Below, piece by piece: positions 14,440 through 28,364 of a stretch of DNA of 64,000 nt. The position numbers and the translations under genes were made by a program. The notes under the pieces are model-generated. The model was not told the origin of the DNA and did no database searches. It saw only the letters and a list, made by a program, of their open reading frames with translations. Position 1 is the first letter of the stretch; each line of letters starts with the position of its first letter. This stretch comes from Octopus vulgaris. Lineage: Eukaryota. The stretch covers positions 67,580,001-67,644,000 of the forward strand of contig OX597828.1 in NCBI GenBank assembly GCA_951406725.2, written 5' to 3'.

Positions 14440-14852
14440 TAGTGGTGGTAGTGGAGGTGTTGGTGCTGCGGTTGTTGCTGCTGTTGCTGATGATGATGAT
14501 GCTACTGTTGATACTGCTGATGATGATGCTCCTGCTGCTGCTGCTGCTGATGATGATGATGGTGGTGGTGGTGGTGGTGGTGGTGGTGGTGATGATGAGG
14601 GTGATGGTGGTGGTGGCGGTGGTGGTGACGATGATGATGATGATGATGATGATGATGGTGGTGGTGACGATGGTGATGATGATGATGGTGGTGATTGATG
14701 TTTGATTTAAGATTCCTTTTTGACGGTAGGGGTGACGTTGATGCTGATGATGGTGGTGGAGGAGGATGATGGTGGGGGGATGATGGTGATGGTGGTGGTG
14801 GTGATGATGATGATGATGATGGTGGGGGGGATGATGGTGATGGTGGTGGTGA

Positions 14853-14886
<34 letters not shown>

Positions 14887-15431
14887 GGATTGATGTTTGA
14901 TTTAAGATTCCTTTTGACGGTGACGTTGATGCTGATGATGGTGGTGGAGGAGGATCATAAAGGTGAGTGCGACGAGGACAAACGTGACAGTGATGGCGTC
15001 GAGGCTGGTGGTGGTGTTGTGCTGCTGCTGACGATGATGATGATGACGATAGTAATAACAATGATGGCGGCGGCCGTGGTGGTGGTGATGGTGGTAGTGT
15101 TGGTGGTGTTGGTGGTGGCGGCGGCGGCGGCGGTGGTGGTGGTGGTGGTGATGGTGGTAGTGTTGGTGGTGGCGGCGGCGGTGGTGGTGGTGGTGGTGGT
15201 GGTGGTGGTAGCGTTGGTGGTGGCGGCGGCGGTGGTGGTGGTGGTGGTGGTGGTGGTGATGGTGGTGGTGGTGGTGGTGGTGGTGGTGGTGGTGGTGGTG
15301 GTGGTGGTGGTGGTGGTGGTGGTGTTGGTGGTGGCGGCGGCGGCGGTGGTGGTGGTGGTGGTGGTGGTGGTGGTGGTGGTGGTGGTGGTGGTGGTGGTGG
15401 TGGTGGTGGTGGTGGTGGTGGTGGTGGTGGT
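14440..15431. repeat. Compound (GGT)/(GAT)/(GCT)n low-complexity tract with an internal duplicated spacer of about 70 bp
   Basis: tgatgtttgatttaagattcctttt at about 14696 and about 14891. Confidence 0.9.
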
Positions 15432-16439
15432 GTGTGTTTATGTGGCGTAAATTGTGGAAATGACAGCCTGCGGCAGCGAGGTGGTGATTGTTAGGGGTTG
15501 GGGGTTCTAATCTGGTTGGACATTTGACATTGAGGCCAAAGGAAGATTATGTTTAAAAGGGGGGGGGGGGAGAAAAGCAGCATTTTAGTGCAGCTACCTG
15601 CTACCACTGATGCTGGTGGAGATGCTGGTGAGGATGACGACAACCACGACGACGACGACGACGACGATGACAATGATGATGACGACGACGACGATGATGG
15701 CGATGAGGATGCTAACGACGGCGACGATGATTGCCATCACTTTAAGCCCATTATTATACAAGACATGTTAAGAATCATTCTTTTTGCTAAGTCATCAATA
15801 ATCATTTTATTCCTGATAAGAAAAAAAAATTTTTTTTTGTTTTTTTTTTTGTTTTTTGTTTTTTGTTTTTTTTTGTATATTTTCTTTTCAGGTAACGGAG
15901 GGGGGTCGGTACGGGGGTGGGGGAGAGGTGTAAAGGATTTTCTCTTTTTTTTCTTTTTGTTAAACTTGTTTTTGCTTTTATGGAGGCTGGTGTTAAATCA
16001 TTATCTTCATCACATTAACATCATCTTTATCTCACCGCCATCATCATCATCATCATCATCATCATTGCATTATTGCTATTGTTGTTGTTGTTGTTCCTGC
16101 TGCTGCTGCTGCTATTGCTGTTGTTGTTGCTGCTGCTGCTGTTGTTATTGTTGTTATTGTTGTCGTTGTTGTTGCTGCTGCTGCTGCTATTGCTGTTGTT
16201 GTTGTTGCTGCTGTTGTTATTGCTGTTATTGTTGTTATTGTTGTCGTCCTTTTAAGAATACGATTCCAGATATTTATTTTGGATTAATTCTGAATTGTTC
16301 AGAAACAATTCTTTACATTTTCTCTTATGTTTTATTTATTTATTCATTTATTTAATTCTTCATTTGGCGACGGGAGGGAGGGGGGGCATTGTGAAGGGGA
16401 AGATGAAGATGGTTCAATTTTCTTTCATCATTATTTTTT

Positions 16440-17115
<676 letters not shown>

Positions 17116-17727
17116 TTTCAATTTCTTCATCAAAATGCATCAACATTGATGATAACAGCAGCAACAACAACAACAACAACAACAACACTCGACTACAATA
17201 ACAACAAAGATGACGTGTAGGTGGGGGGTTATTGCGTTACGAGAGAAAGATATTAATGAGGAAAGAAGAAAGAGAATATAGATGACTGAAGGAAGAACAA
17301 GAAGAGGAGGAAGAGGAGAAGGAAGAGGAAGAGAAGAGTTAGAGAAAAAAGTATGGCAAAGACATACAAGATTCCTTTACCCCTACATACAAACACCTAC
17401 TGAGCGCGGGCCCGCACACACACACCCACGAACGCGCGCGCGCGCACACACACACACACGTCTTGGTTTTATGGTAAAACTGCTTTTTTTAGTTTCGCCT
17501 CCTGAGAGTTTTGTGTTGGCTCGACTGCTAACTAATCGGGAAACATGTTTAAAATTCTCTTTTTGCCAGACTGTTCTGACGAACCTGAAATGGAGCGAAA
17601 CACGCAGCCCAATATCGCGAGATTCCGTTTGATATTTTATTTAATATTTCGTCATATAAATTGTGTTGATAACCCAATATCTTTAACTGTACACACACGC
17701 ATACACACACACACACACATACACATA

Positions 17728-18102
17728 CATTCAATTCAATTTTTATTGGCTCAAAAAGCAAAAGCAAGGCCATGTAGGGGGACAGTGAGTTATGTACAGG
17801 GAGGGTGGTCATACGAAGAGTTCAGGCCATTTCTGGTCAAGAGAGACTTTGAACCAAGCGGTTGTCGGCATCTTCACTATCTCGTCCGGCAGCTTGTTCC
17901 ACGGATCCGCAACCCGGACGGAGAAAGCCCTTCTCCTTCGATTGAGATGAAATCGTCGTAGATAGAGCTTTTCGGAGTGACCCCGCAGCCGACGCTCAGG
18001 AGCAGGAGTGAAGAACAGCTCTTTCGAGAGGGTTACACTTTCCACTTATGATGTTGTGAGCAAGAATGAGATCACCACGGCGTCGTCGTTTTTCGAGAGA
18101 AT
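17728..18102 (-). mobile_element. 5'-truncated CR1-type LINE 3' end
   Basis: YSLEKRRRRGDLILAHNII and RGHSEKLY...RRRAFSVRVADPWNKLPDEIV...FKVSLD are typical of the CR1 ORF2 C-terminus; (TTGAA)n tail. Confidence 0.85.
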
Positions 18103-18128
18103 ACAAATACATGCACACAAACACGCAT

Positions 18129-18200
<72 letters not shown>

Positions 18201-18394
18201 TCACATGTATACACACACATACATAAACAGTGGAATTTCAAACACTTGTGAACAACTTATTCTACAAGTATAAAGAAAAGTCACTAAATTCCTGTAAGTA
18301 CGTATTAGAAAGTGTTCTGACTAAATTTGACAGTTCGCACAAAAGGAAAAGACAATATTCCAAGCAAAAATAAAATTTCGTATTTGTATTTGGT

Positions 18395-18671
18395 CTGCAA
18401 GATTCTTGATGTGAACTCGTGTGCTGAAAGAAATATTTTGAACCTTGGGCGAGGCATTACGCTGATAATAATAAACACATGCACTGATTTGGTCCTTTAT
18501 TGTTACTGATAGTAAATGGGTTAGTTACTCCACTAACAAATTTATCGATCAGAACAGTTGATCGATAAATTTGTTAGTGGAGTAACAACCCATTAGCCAA
18601 CAAAAACAATAAAGGACTGAACCAATGCGTGTATTTATTATTACCAGCATTATGCCCCTCCCAAGGTTCAA
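18395..18671. repeat. Fold-back palindrome made of inverted PLE-type terminal repeats, with a perfect 28-bp core stem
   Basis: Arms 18438-18551 and 18559-18671; left flank carries the PLE terminal motif tgcaagattcttgatgtgaactcgtgtgctgaa. Confidence 0.8.
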
Positions 18672-18734
18672 TAAAAATTAAAATATCTTTTTTTTAAATC
18701 AAAAAAATATCAACTAGGTTATGGCTGGGAGATT

Positions 18735-19470
18735 CTTTTGAGTTTTGTCAAAGTAGCCGTCTTCAGCTTCCACCATGTCCTCAAGACAGCTCTGGAACAT
18801 AACTCATGTGTTCCCCCTTGTATCCCCGAGAAGATCTTCAAACACCTCTCTGCTCTTGGCCACCAGCTTGGCATTGGTGTTACAGGCAGAGCGGTTAGTG
18901 TCTTTCTCAAGTGCGCCCCACAGTAATCCGTGGTATTACAATCGGAGGAAACAGAAAGCCAGAAATTGGAGCTGGTGAAGTCGTTGAAATTCTCCAACAA
19001 CTTCTGATTCTTTTCACATGTATGGCAAAGAGCTGACCCCCCACCCCCCCACCCCGCTACACATACGACCTTCCAGCAGCAACCCTCTCTGGTCAGAGAT
19101 TGACCATAGTCTCCAGTAGCTTCACATAGCCATCTGAATCCAGCCTGGGGCCGTGTTCAAAGATACGGTGGTGATTGTTGGTGTGCGGGCGTAGACTTCG
19201 TTGCAGAAGTCCGTGTTACAACATACAGCCTTTACAGTGTTCGCAGAGCATTGAGCAGCAGTCATGATATCGGTATTCTGATATCCGGCGCGAATCATCA
19301 TGATACAGGTAACTCTTTTCCAATATTCAGATGGTTTCCAGGCCCTCATATCACCTAACTTTTTTCTCAACTACAACTTCAATTTTTATACACTCCAACA
19401 CCGTTTACCAGTACTTCAAGCTGTTCCTGAAAAAAGGGGACATAATATATCGTGAAATTTAGCCGGAATG
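18735..19470 (-). mobile_element. Decayed IS630-Tc1-mariner transposon (D-type third catalytic residue, maT-like)
   Basis: FWLSVSSDCNTTDY, frameshift, WGALEKDTNRSACNT...LEDMVEAEDGYFD, matching WPPxSPDxNPxDY-WG...EAEGGYFE; N-terminal HTH-like stretch at 19122-19370. Confidence 0.75.
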
Positions 19471-21110
19471 CTCTGTCCATGTATTATATAGTGATATGGC
19501 ACATGAAATATGGTGCTTGAATAAGATACGAAAGACAGAAAAAGCAACCGGGATAAAAATGACGGAACGAAACCCATGAACTTAAACTTAAATCTATGTC
19601 AATTAAAAAACAGATGAAGTATTTCTAAGAATAAATCATTCAAAAACAAAAATGCTTTAGGTTAAGGTCACGATGTGTAGACCATGAATTTCATAATGTG
19701 AGTTTAACGTGAGCTCAATACAAAAGTAATGTAACAAATGGCTTAGAAGAGTGACCTCTGAAAAGGTCAATGCCGTCTAAAATTAAAACTAAATTAAAAG
19801 TGGTTGTTAGATTCATGAACATTATACGTTGATATGTTATATTTCTATTTACATCAACACCACATATTTTATACAGTCGTACCCAATAAAAACACACATG
19901 CGTTATAGAGCAAATATCAATGTAAGCTCTATTTGTAATAACTAATAACAATTTCTCATAAAATGGAATGGGACAATTTCATTGAAAGAAAATTAGGTAA
20001 AACAACCGACAACACATAAAAGCAGTGACTGAAACGAATTGAAGCTTGGCAAGTTGATCCATGTTATGTAAATCATCCAAGATTCCTCAAATGATATAAA
20101 AATGCAACACGACAGAGATGAATTCACAATGTGTGGGCCTTCAACACAACGAAAATACTTCAGCGAATGACCATACATAGACAAATAACGCATTACAGCA
20201 AATCAAAGACAACTTCAAAGGAAGGGAAATCTAAAAGTCAAGACGACCAGAGACAGAAGTCTTCATAAAGACATTTTGACCAAATACACAGCCTTAGGGA
20301 AATGATATTCTTGCCTTAACAACTGGGGGAAAGCCACACAACAGAGGCACCAACATTAAAATTATAGAAGACCTAACGGAAACAATAAGGAAAGGAAAAG
20401 AGACCGTAATTGATTAACGTGGGTGAACATTATCACATTCCCAAGGGGAACTCAAACTTTGCAAAGGAATATATGTTACAGAGACTTGAAAGAAATTCTG
20501 TCAACAGAAACAAACCCCCTCTCCCAAAACATCAACGAACCTATTGACATTTTGTATTCAAAAACAGTCATCGAATGAGACTGGGTTTGTTCCAAATAGA
20601 GTCAGACCTCAGTGAATGCTATTCCAAAATATATAAAATTGAGTGAAAATGTCATCCATAAAATTAATATATTTTCTAAGCGAAATGGAAACGAGAAACA
20701 AGAGGAAATGGAATGGGACAAGTCGTTCAAAGTAAAACAACCGATCACACATAAAAACTTGCCCTGCTTTAATTCGCTTGAAGCGAATTAAAGCAGGGCA
20801 AGTTGATCCATGTTATGTAAATCATCCGAGATTCTACAAATAAAGTTGTAAGATCACTTGACATTTAAACAGTTAAATTCCAATGAAATATGATGCAGAA
20901 TAAATAAATAACGGGTGATAATAGTGAGGTAGGATGCCATAAAAAGCTTTACACTGATTTCAATGATTAGATTGGGACCGAGTTGGGGCACCTTCAAGGG
21001 TTTTAATCGAATATAACAAGCCCAGTACTATATGTTTGGTACTACTTAGTTTAATTGAAGGTAGGTAAGATTAATGTATGACATGGTTCTATATTTCCAC
21101 CACTATCACC

Positions 21111-21402
21111 GTGGAGGCGCATGGCCTAGTGGTTAGAGCAGCGGATTCGCGGTCGAGGGATCACGTGTTCGAATCTCAGACCGGGCGATGTTTGTGTTTA
21201 TGAGGGAAACACCTAAGCTCCACGCGGTTCCGGCAGAAGGTAATGGCGAACTTCTGCTGACTCTTTCGCCACAACTTTCTCTCCCTCTTTCCTCCTGCAT
21301 CTTCCAGCTCACCTGTGACGGACCGGCGTCCCGTCCAGGTGGGGAACCTATACACCGGGAAACCGGCCCTTATGAGCCAGGCATGGTTCGAGAAGGAACG
21401 AC
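21111..21402 (+). mobile_element. SINE family C2 (same head as C1, different tail)
   Basis: gtggaggcgcatggcctagtggttagagc...gacggaccggcgtcccgtccaggtgggg...gagaaggaac. Confidence 0.9.
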
Positions 21403-22555
21403 AACCACTATCACCACCACCATCACCTTGTCGTTGGTGGTGTGATTTAGCAGAGCCATTTTGTTATAAGTATTGAGACCGGATCTTTAATCGGAAGATA
21501 ACTTCCTCTTCTCGCCACTCTCAGAGATTCTAGAAACGGTCAAAGCTGCTCCTCCTTCTGTTCCTCATTAAACAATTGATAGAAAGACAACAACAAAAAA
21601 AATGACATAAACGTCATGAACCGAAACACCACGAGTATTTTTGTACGACGCACCGAGTTAGCTATCATAAGTCTCTTCTCTCTCTCTCTCTCTTTCTCGT
21701 ATGTTTGTGATTGTGTGTGTGACTGTGTGCGTGTTTAGGTAGATCTGATGGGCTTCAATACAGTTTCCCTCGTCAAAGTTTCACTTAGAAACTGACTCGT
21801 AGCCTTGTCATGTTCCTAAGACGCAGCTGGATCGAACCCACACCTACGTGGTTACTACAAAGCCGTGCCTACGTCGCCATCGGCAATCAGAACAAACGTA
21901 TCATCAGTCAATTAAGACCTGATCCAATACAGATATTTCTGCTCTTGACGTATTTCCCATCAATGTACGAGTCGGGTTTAATGATTGACAATATTGATTA
22001 ATCATTAATAGACTCCATGGATTCCAAACATTGGGGTGTATTTTTGACTGTTGGCTGTTGCTTTTTGTTTTGTTTTGGTTTTTTTTTGTTTTTCATTAAT
22101 ACATAAGGTATTATTTATTAACATCGTAAAGAGGTTAATGGCGGCAGTTTAGATCCACTTAACTAATTAATTAACACCTGACAGACGAGCAACAAGAATA
22201 AATGTTCAGCTTGTCAGCATATTTACCCGTTTCTCCCTCCCTCACACATACTGTCTGTTCTCTATCACTACCACCGCTACCACTACTACCACCATCACCG
22301 CCTCTCCTTCACTCTCGGTCTCTAAACATTGTTTCGTACTGATTGCATTTATTGCGTAGCCATGTTGTTGCACTTGTGTTAGAGCTGACAGAATTACCAC
22401 CCAATGTACAGTCGCACTAAACTATGGAACAGATTTGGTGCAGAGCGCATGAGGAAGGAATACCGACGTGCCGTGTAATGGATCGAGAAAGTAGCTGTGA
22501 TATTACGCGTGCGGTACTCTTCGTTCTCAAACAAAATTGTAATTACTCACAGAGG

Positions 22556-23095
22556 GTGGAGGCACATGGCCTGGCGGCAAGCTGGCAGGAACGTTAGCAC
22601 GTCGGGCGAAATGCTTAGCCGTATTTCGTCTGCCGTTACGTTGTGAGTTCAAATTCCGCCGAGGTCGACTTTGCCTTTCATCCTTTCGGGGTCGATAAAT
22701 TAAGTACCAGTTACGCACTGGGGTCGATGTAATCGACTTAATACCTATGTCTGTCCTTGTTTGTCCCTTCTATGTTTAGCCCCTTGTGGGTAATAAAGAA
22801 ATGGGTTAGAGCAGCAGACTCGCGGTCGAGGGATCGCGGGTTCGAATCTCAGACCGGACGATGTGTGTGTTTATGAGCGGAAACACCTAAGCTCCACACG
22901 GCTCCGGCAGAAGGTAACGGCGAACTTCTGCTGACTCTTTCGCCACAATTTTCTCTCACTCTTTCCTCCTGCATCTTGCAGCTCACCTGCGACGGACCGG
23001 CGTCCCGTCCAGGTGGGGAACCTATACGCCAAGGAAACCGGGAAACCGGCCCTTATGAGCCAGGCATGGTTCGAAAAGGAACAAAAAACAAACAG
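22556..23095 (+). mobile_element. SINE C2 with a SINE A copy (22573-22803) inserted in its A box
   Basis: gtggaggcacatggcct[SINE A]ggttagagcagcagactcg... Confidence 0.9.
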
Positions 23096-23557
23096 AGGAA
23101 GTTACGAAAAACATCGCTGAAAGGTTTAAGCCTAACGTCAACAACTCGTTATATTAAGCCCCATAGATGTGCTCCCTCAACTTAACGGATACTTGGATCG
23201 AAACAATAGCAACTAGCTGTGCAGCTTTACTAATTTCTATATTGGATAATCAGAGAAGAAAAGAAAGACGTGAAAATAGAGTTTGGTACTTCGATGTGGC
23301 TGTGGGGTTAAAAAGCTTGCTACGTAACAATGAAGTTTCAAGTTCGATTTTACTGTGCAGCACCTTAAGCACCTTAAGAGTCTCGCCTAACAAAAATCTT
23401 CAGTCCCCGGGTTTAATCGCAATGCATGACACTTGAACAAGTGTCTTCTACTGTAGCATCAGGCTGACTAAAGCCTTATGAAAGGATTTGGTAGATGGAA
23501 ACTGAAAGAAACCCATGGTTATATATACATACGTACGTACATACATACACAGACACA

Positions 23558-23618
<61 letters not shown>

Positions 23619-24169
23619 ACACATATATATATATATATACAGAGAGAGAAAGCGAGGAACAGGCAGACAGACAGACTGAGAGTGAGTTTTCAGTGAAGTG
23701 AAAATTATGTCGATTAAAAAAGAACAACCAACAAGTATAAAAAATAGTATTAGTTTTCGATAACTATCGTTTCCTTCTGTTAAAGAGATGCTAACCTGAT
23801 GTGGCTTTCAGCAGATTATGTTCAGCTAATAGACACTAAATCCGCAGATGCTGGGAGATTTTGGCTCGTTGCAGTCATATCTTCTTGCTTATCAGAACCG
23901 ACGAATCTCTTCTGTTGCCCTGTCTCCTCATAACGTAGCTTTCTGCAATGGCAGCTATGCGTTGTGTGAAGGCATTTGTTGAATAAATGTCGAAAACTGT
24001 GATGTGAGTTGTCGTTGATAAGAATGTCTTTGTTTTCCAACTGAATAACCTCATTTTCACGACGTATATGCTTACATTTTTCCTGTATTACTTGTCAATT
24101 TCATCTTGACATTCAGACATAGGACACCCGAGAACGATCGCCTATCAAAACTATCAAAATCTGGCAGAC

Positions 24170-24261
<92 letters not shown>

Positions 24262-24262
<1 letters not shown>

Positions 24263-24465
24263 GTCTGGATAGATTCCTTCAAAGAATTCCAGATAAGCCA
24301 CCCATAATTGGATACAACTCACTCAACAAGAACTCACTACTTGAATGGACCATAAACAAAACTTGACTTAAACAGGATTCGAATAATCCTATCAGGTGGT
24401 GCTATTAAGTTAGACATGGCCTGGACCAATCTTTGGTCGAAACATATCTAAGTTTATCTAAGTTT
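24262..24465 (+). mobile_element. CR1-type LINE extreme 3' end
   Basis: SLDRFLQRIPDKPPIIGY..NSLLEW followed by a stem-loop and a repeated tatctaagtt tail. Confidence 0.65.
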
Positions 24466-24488
24466 ATATATATATATATTTATATATA

Positions 24489-24850
<362 letters not shown>

Positions 24851-25055
24851 ATTTGTATGTGTTTGTACCCCCACCATCACTTGACAGCCGATGGTTGATG
24901 GGTTTATGTCCCCGTAACTTAGTGGTTCGGCAAAAGAAAACGATAGAATATGTGCAAGGTTTACAAAGAATAAGTCCTCGGGTGGATTTGTTCGACTAAA
25001 GGAGTGTTCTAGCATGGCCGCAGTCAAAGTAAAAGAGTAAAAGTAAAAGATATAA

Positions 25056-25103
<48 letters not shown>

Positions 25104-25189
25104 CAAATTTACAGAAAACAAAAGACGAAGATCGGTTAAGGAACAATAAGCGGTTGTATTAAGTTAACGGTCGGGAAGAATAGAAAAGC

Positions 25190-25224
25190 CTTCGACGTTT
25201 CTAGCCTACGCTCTTCGACAGAAC
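25190..25224 (-). ncRNA. Minimal hammerhead motif, U6 variant family, decayed
   Basis: Reverse complement: gtt-CTGTCGA-a-GAGC-gtag-GCTA-GAAA-CGTC-gaag. Confidence 0.5.
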
Positions 25225-25714
25225 AAAGGTGGGGAGAGAAAACACCGAGTAGGGTTTGTGTGTGTGTGTGTGTCTGCGTGTGTGTGTGTCTGCGTGCGTG
25301 TACACAAATGAATAACAGACGATGTATAGCTGTCAGCTCATTACAGCTGCTTCTTACGCATTTTTTTAAATAGAAGAATGAGAAAATTACTCCATAACTA
25401 AAAAGATAATATTACAAACAAAAGAATATCCCAAGAATACACCAAGAACGTGACTGAAGTCTGTCGAGGCTAACTTTTCATAGTCAGCCGGGACAGACAT
25501 AGTTAGCCCAACAACATACAGTTCAACGTAACGCGCGCATTAGACCAGCCCCTAGGCGCTAAAAACTCATACGGTCGGTTTTCTCTGTGTAGACATTGGG
25601 AATATCCTGTTTGATGCTTACCAACCATAGGCCGGAACCACTGGTTTATCCAATCCTACCTGATGCATATCTTTTTAAGTACCTAATTCTATCTGCATCC
25701 TTATTTTACTATAA

Positions 25715-25747
<33 letters not shown>

Positions 25748-25935
25748 TGTATGTATGTATGTATGTATGTATGTATGTATGTATGTATGTATGTATATAT
25801 GTATGTATATGTATACATACATACATACATACATACATACATACATACATACATACATACATACATACATACATACATACGTATATATTCTCTTCTTTTT
25901 TCTCTCCTTGCTTCTCTCCTTTTTTTTCTGTGTCC

Positions 25936-25971
25936 CTTTCTGTAGAAGAGCGTAGGCTCGAAACGTAAAAG
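25936..25971 (+). ncRNA. Minimal hammerhead motif, U6 variant family, all stems intact
   Basis: cttt-CTGTAGA-a-GAGC-gtag-GCTC-GAAA-CGTA-aaag. Confidence 0.7.
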
Positions 25972-26059
25972 ACTTTTTCTATTCTGAGCGTTATACTAAT
26001 ACATCTTTTTGTTTTGTACACCACCTGTCTTCTTCTTTTGTTTTTTCGTAAACTCTCCC

Positions 26060-26091
<32 letters not shown>

Positions 26092-26289
26092 TGTATGTAT
26101 GTATGTATGTATGTATGTATGCATGTATGTATGTATTTATGTATGTATGGTTGTATGTATGCATATTGGATTTTGAAATATGTTGCTGTTTTTATACAAT
26201 TCACATGCTCTTTAAACCAAAGCCGAAAACCTCGTAACCCGCAATATAAAATTTTATCTACATTCAGATTCGATGTTTTTGTATTTGGT

Positions 26290-27010
26290 TTGCAAAATTC
26301 TTTGTGACACCTACCAAAAAAAAACTGTTCTAGTATTTAAATAATTTTGTCAGCCTTTATAGTTGTTCCGCATAACGTTTTCGGGTGTGCATAGGTATCA
26401 TCTTAAGCTATTGTGTATGATCTGCCTCACTCTTGTATCTGCTGCTTTATGAGAGAGCCTACGTTGTACTCTATCGGTTGCCAGGTGTAACTAAACAAGG
26501 ATGCAACCTTCTGAGCAATATGCCCAGAAGAAAGCACTATGATTGGCGTATCGTTGCTTGAATGTTCTCTCTCCCATTCCTATGTTATTGTTTAATATCG
26601 CCTGATGCGTGTGAGTTACTAGAACTATGTTTGGTTGCGCACATTTGTTTTCACGATGCAAGACTAATTGACTGGGCATGCTTCAGTGCCTTTACATGTA
26701 CATTTTGTTTCTGTTGATCTCGGTGTTATGTATATTGCAATTGCAATAAGTTATAATGAGTTTCTGTTTAAAATTTCCTCATTTCAGTGATGTGTAGGAA
26801 AGTGTTTGTCTACGTGTGCCAAGAAACTTTTAGCAATGGAAGTATTAGAGTGTGAACCAGTTAATAATGTCGACGCTGTTATTAGATGGGTGGGTGGAGG
26901 TCGTAAATCTATTTGATTTCCTCTAAGCGGCCGCTGTTTGTGAAAGTGCTACTGTCATGACTAAACACGAGTGTTTTTGATCGTCTGAATAACTTATAGC
27001 TACTAATTGA
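26290..27010 (-). mobile_element. Second decayed Penelope-like ORF (linker plus GIY-YIG region)
   Basis: Frame-shifted minus-strand pieces: NWFT, SIAKKFL/VDKHFP, TYCNC, and NKCAQPNIVL...NIGMGERTFKQRYANHSAF. Confidence 0.7.
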
Positions 27011-27188
27011 TAACTCTAACAGAGATATTATTCAGCCATTTGGTTAAACTCCAAGAAGTGAGACGCGCGCGCGCGTACAGGCGTGTGTGCGCGTGTGTGT
27101 ATGTGCGTGTGTGTGTACTTTGGTTAACTACAATTCTGTTAATAGGGAACGCCTGGAATGAGCCATGGCATGTATGTGTGTGCATGTG

Positions 27189-27230
<42 letters not shown>

Positions 27231-27810
27231 CGTGCCCGCGCGTGTGCATGCGTGTGTGTGCGTATACATCTTTATATGTATTTCTACAAATTCTTTTTAC
27301 GTTCTCACAGTCTCTAATTTTCTTTCTTTTTCTTTCTTTCTCTCACTCATTCTTTTCTCTTGCTCTTTCTCTGTCTCTCCTTCCAGTCTTTTCTCCCACC
27401 ATTTGCTTCTCTCTCTCTCTCTCTCTCTATTTGTTTCACCCCTTCCTCTCTCCTTCTCCTTCTCCTCCTGTCGACATGTATTGCACCCCTGCTCGCTCTG
27501 CCTTATGAAATCAACACACGATGATTTCAAATTAAACCCTGTTAAACATACCCTGTACCAAATTCTCTGTACAGTCTATAGGGGGTCAGAAACTCAGTGC
27601 AGTAGAAAAAGAGAGAGAGGGGGGGGACAGACAGACAGACAAACAGACAATGTGTGAATGAGAGTGCGTGTGTTTTGTGTGTGCGTGTGTTGTGTGTATA
27701 TATATATACACAGATATACACACAATATATACATACATAAACATAGATATACACACATATATATATATATACATACACATAGATATACACATATACATAG
27801 ATAAGTTTAT

Positions 27811-27854
27811 GGGACCTTGAAGACTGCTTTAATGCAAGGAAGTATACTAGTCCC
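27811..27854 (+). ncRNA. Degenerate type I hammerhead motif
   Basis: gggac-cTTGAAGA-cTGC-tttaat-GCAa-GGAA-GTATAC-TA-gtccc: 5-bp stem I and palindromic AGTATACT stem III, but core mutations. Confidence 0.45.
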
Positions 27855-28102
27855 CTACTATTTTATATTCAACATTTCATCTATTCAATAAGATAATCAT
27901 AACTTCATTTCATTATACTACTATATATATATATATATATATATTATTTATACTATATATTCTAAATTCTACATTAATATTATAAAGAATATAATTAAAA
28001 CATAAAAATACAGAGTTGGAATTTCTTTGAATAATATATATACCTCTATAAACAACCATACAAACCCCTTTTCATATATATATATATATATGTATATATA
28101 TA

Positions 28103-28308
28103 GAGGGAAGCTTTCTGAAAATAAACAAAAGACGAAGGCAGGTGGAATACAAACAAACAATTGTATTAGTATGGCGCTCAGGAATATAAATAAAACAAGT
28201 CTTTTACGTTTCGAGCCTACGCTTTTCAACAGAAAGATACACAGAGAGAAAAAAACACAGAAAGAAGGAGAGAAAAAAATGCGTGCAGAAGCTAGCGATT
28301 CAAAATGG

Positions 28309-28364
<56 letters not shown>

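Noticed and set aside
23822-24060. Possible host exon
   Set aside because: No recognisable protein similarity or convincing splice pair
24424-24450. GACCA/TGGTC stem followed by GAAAC
   Set aside because: No upstream core; better explained as a LINE 3' stem-loop
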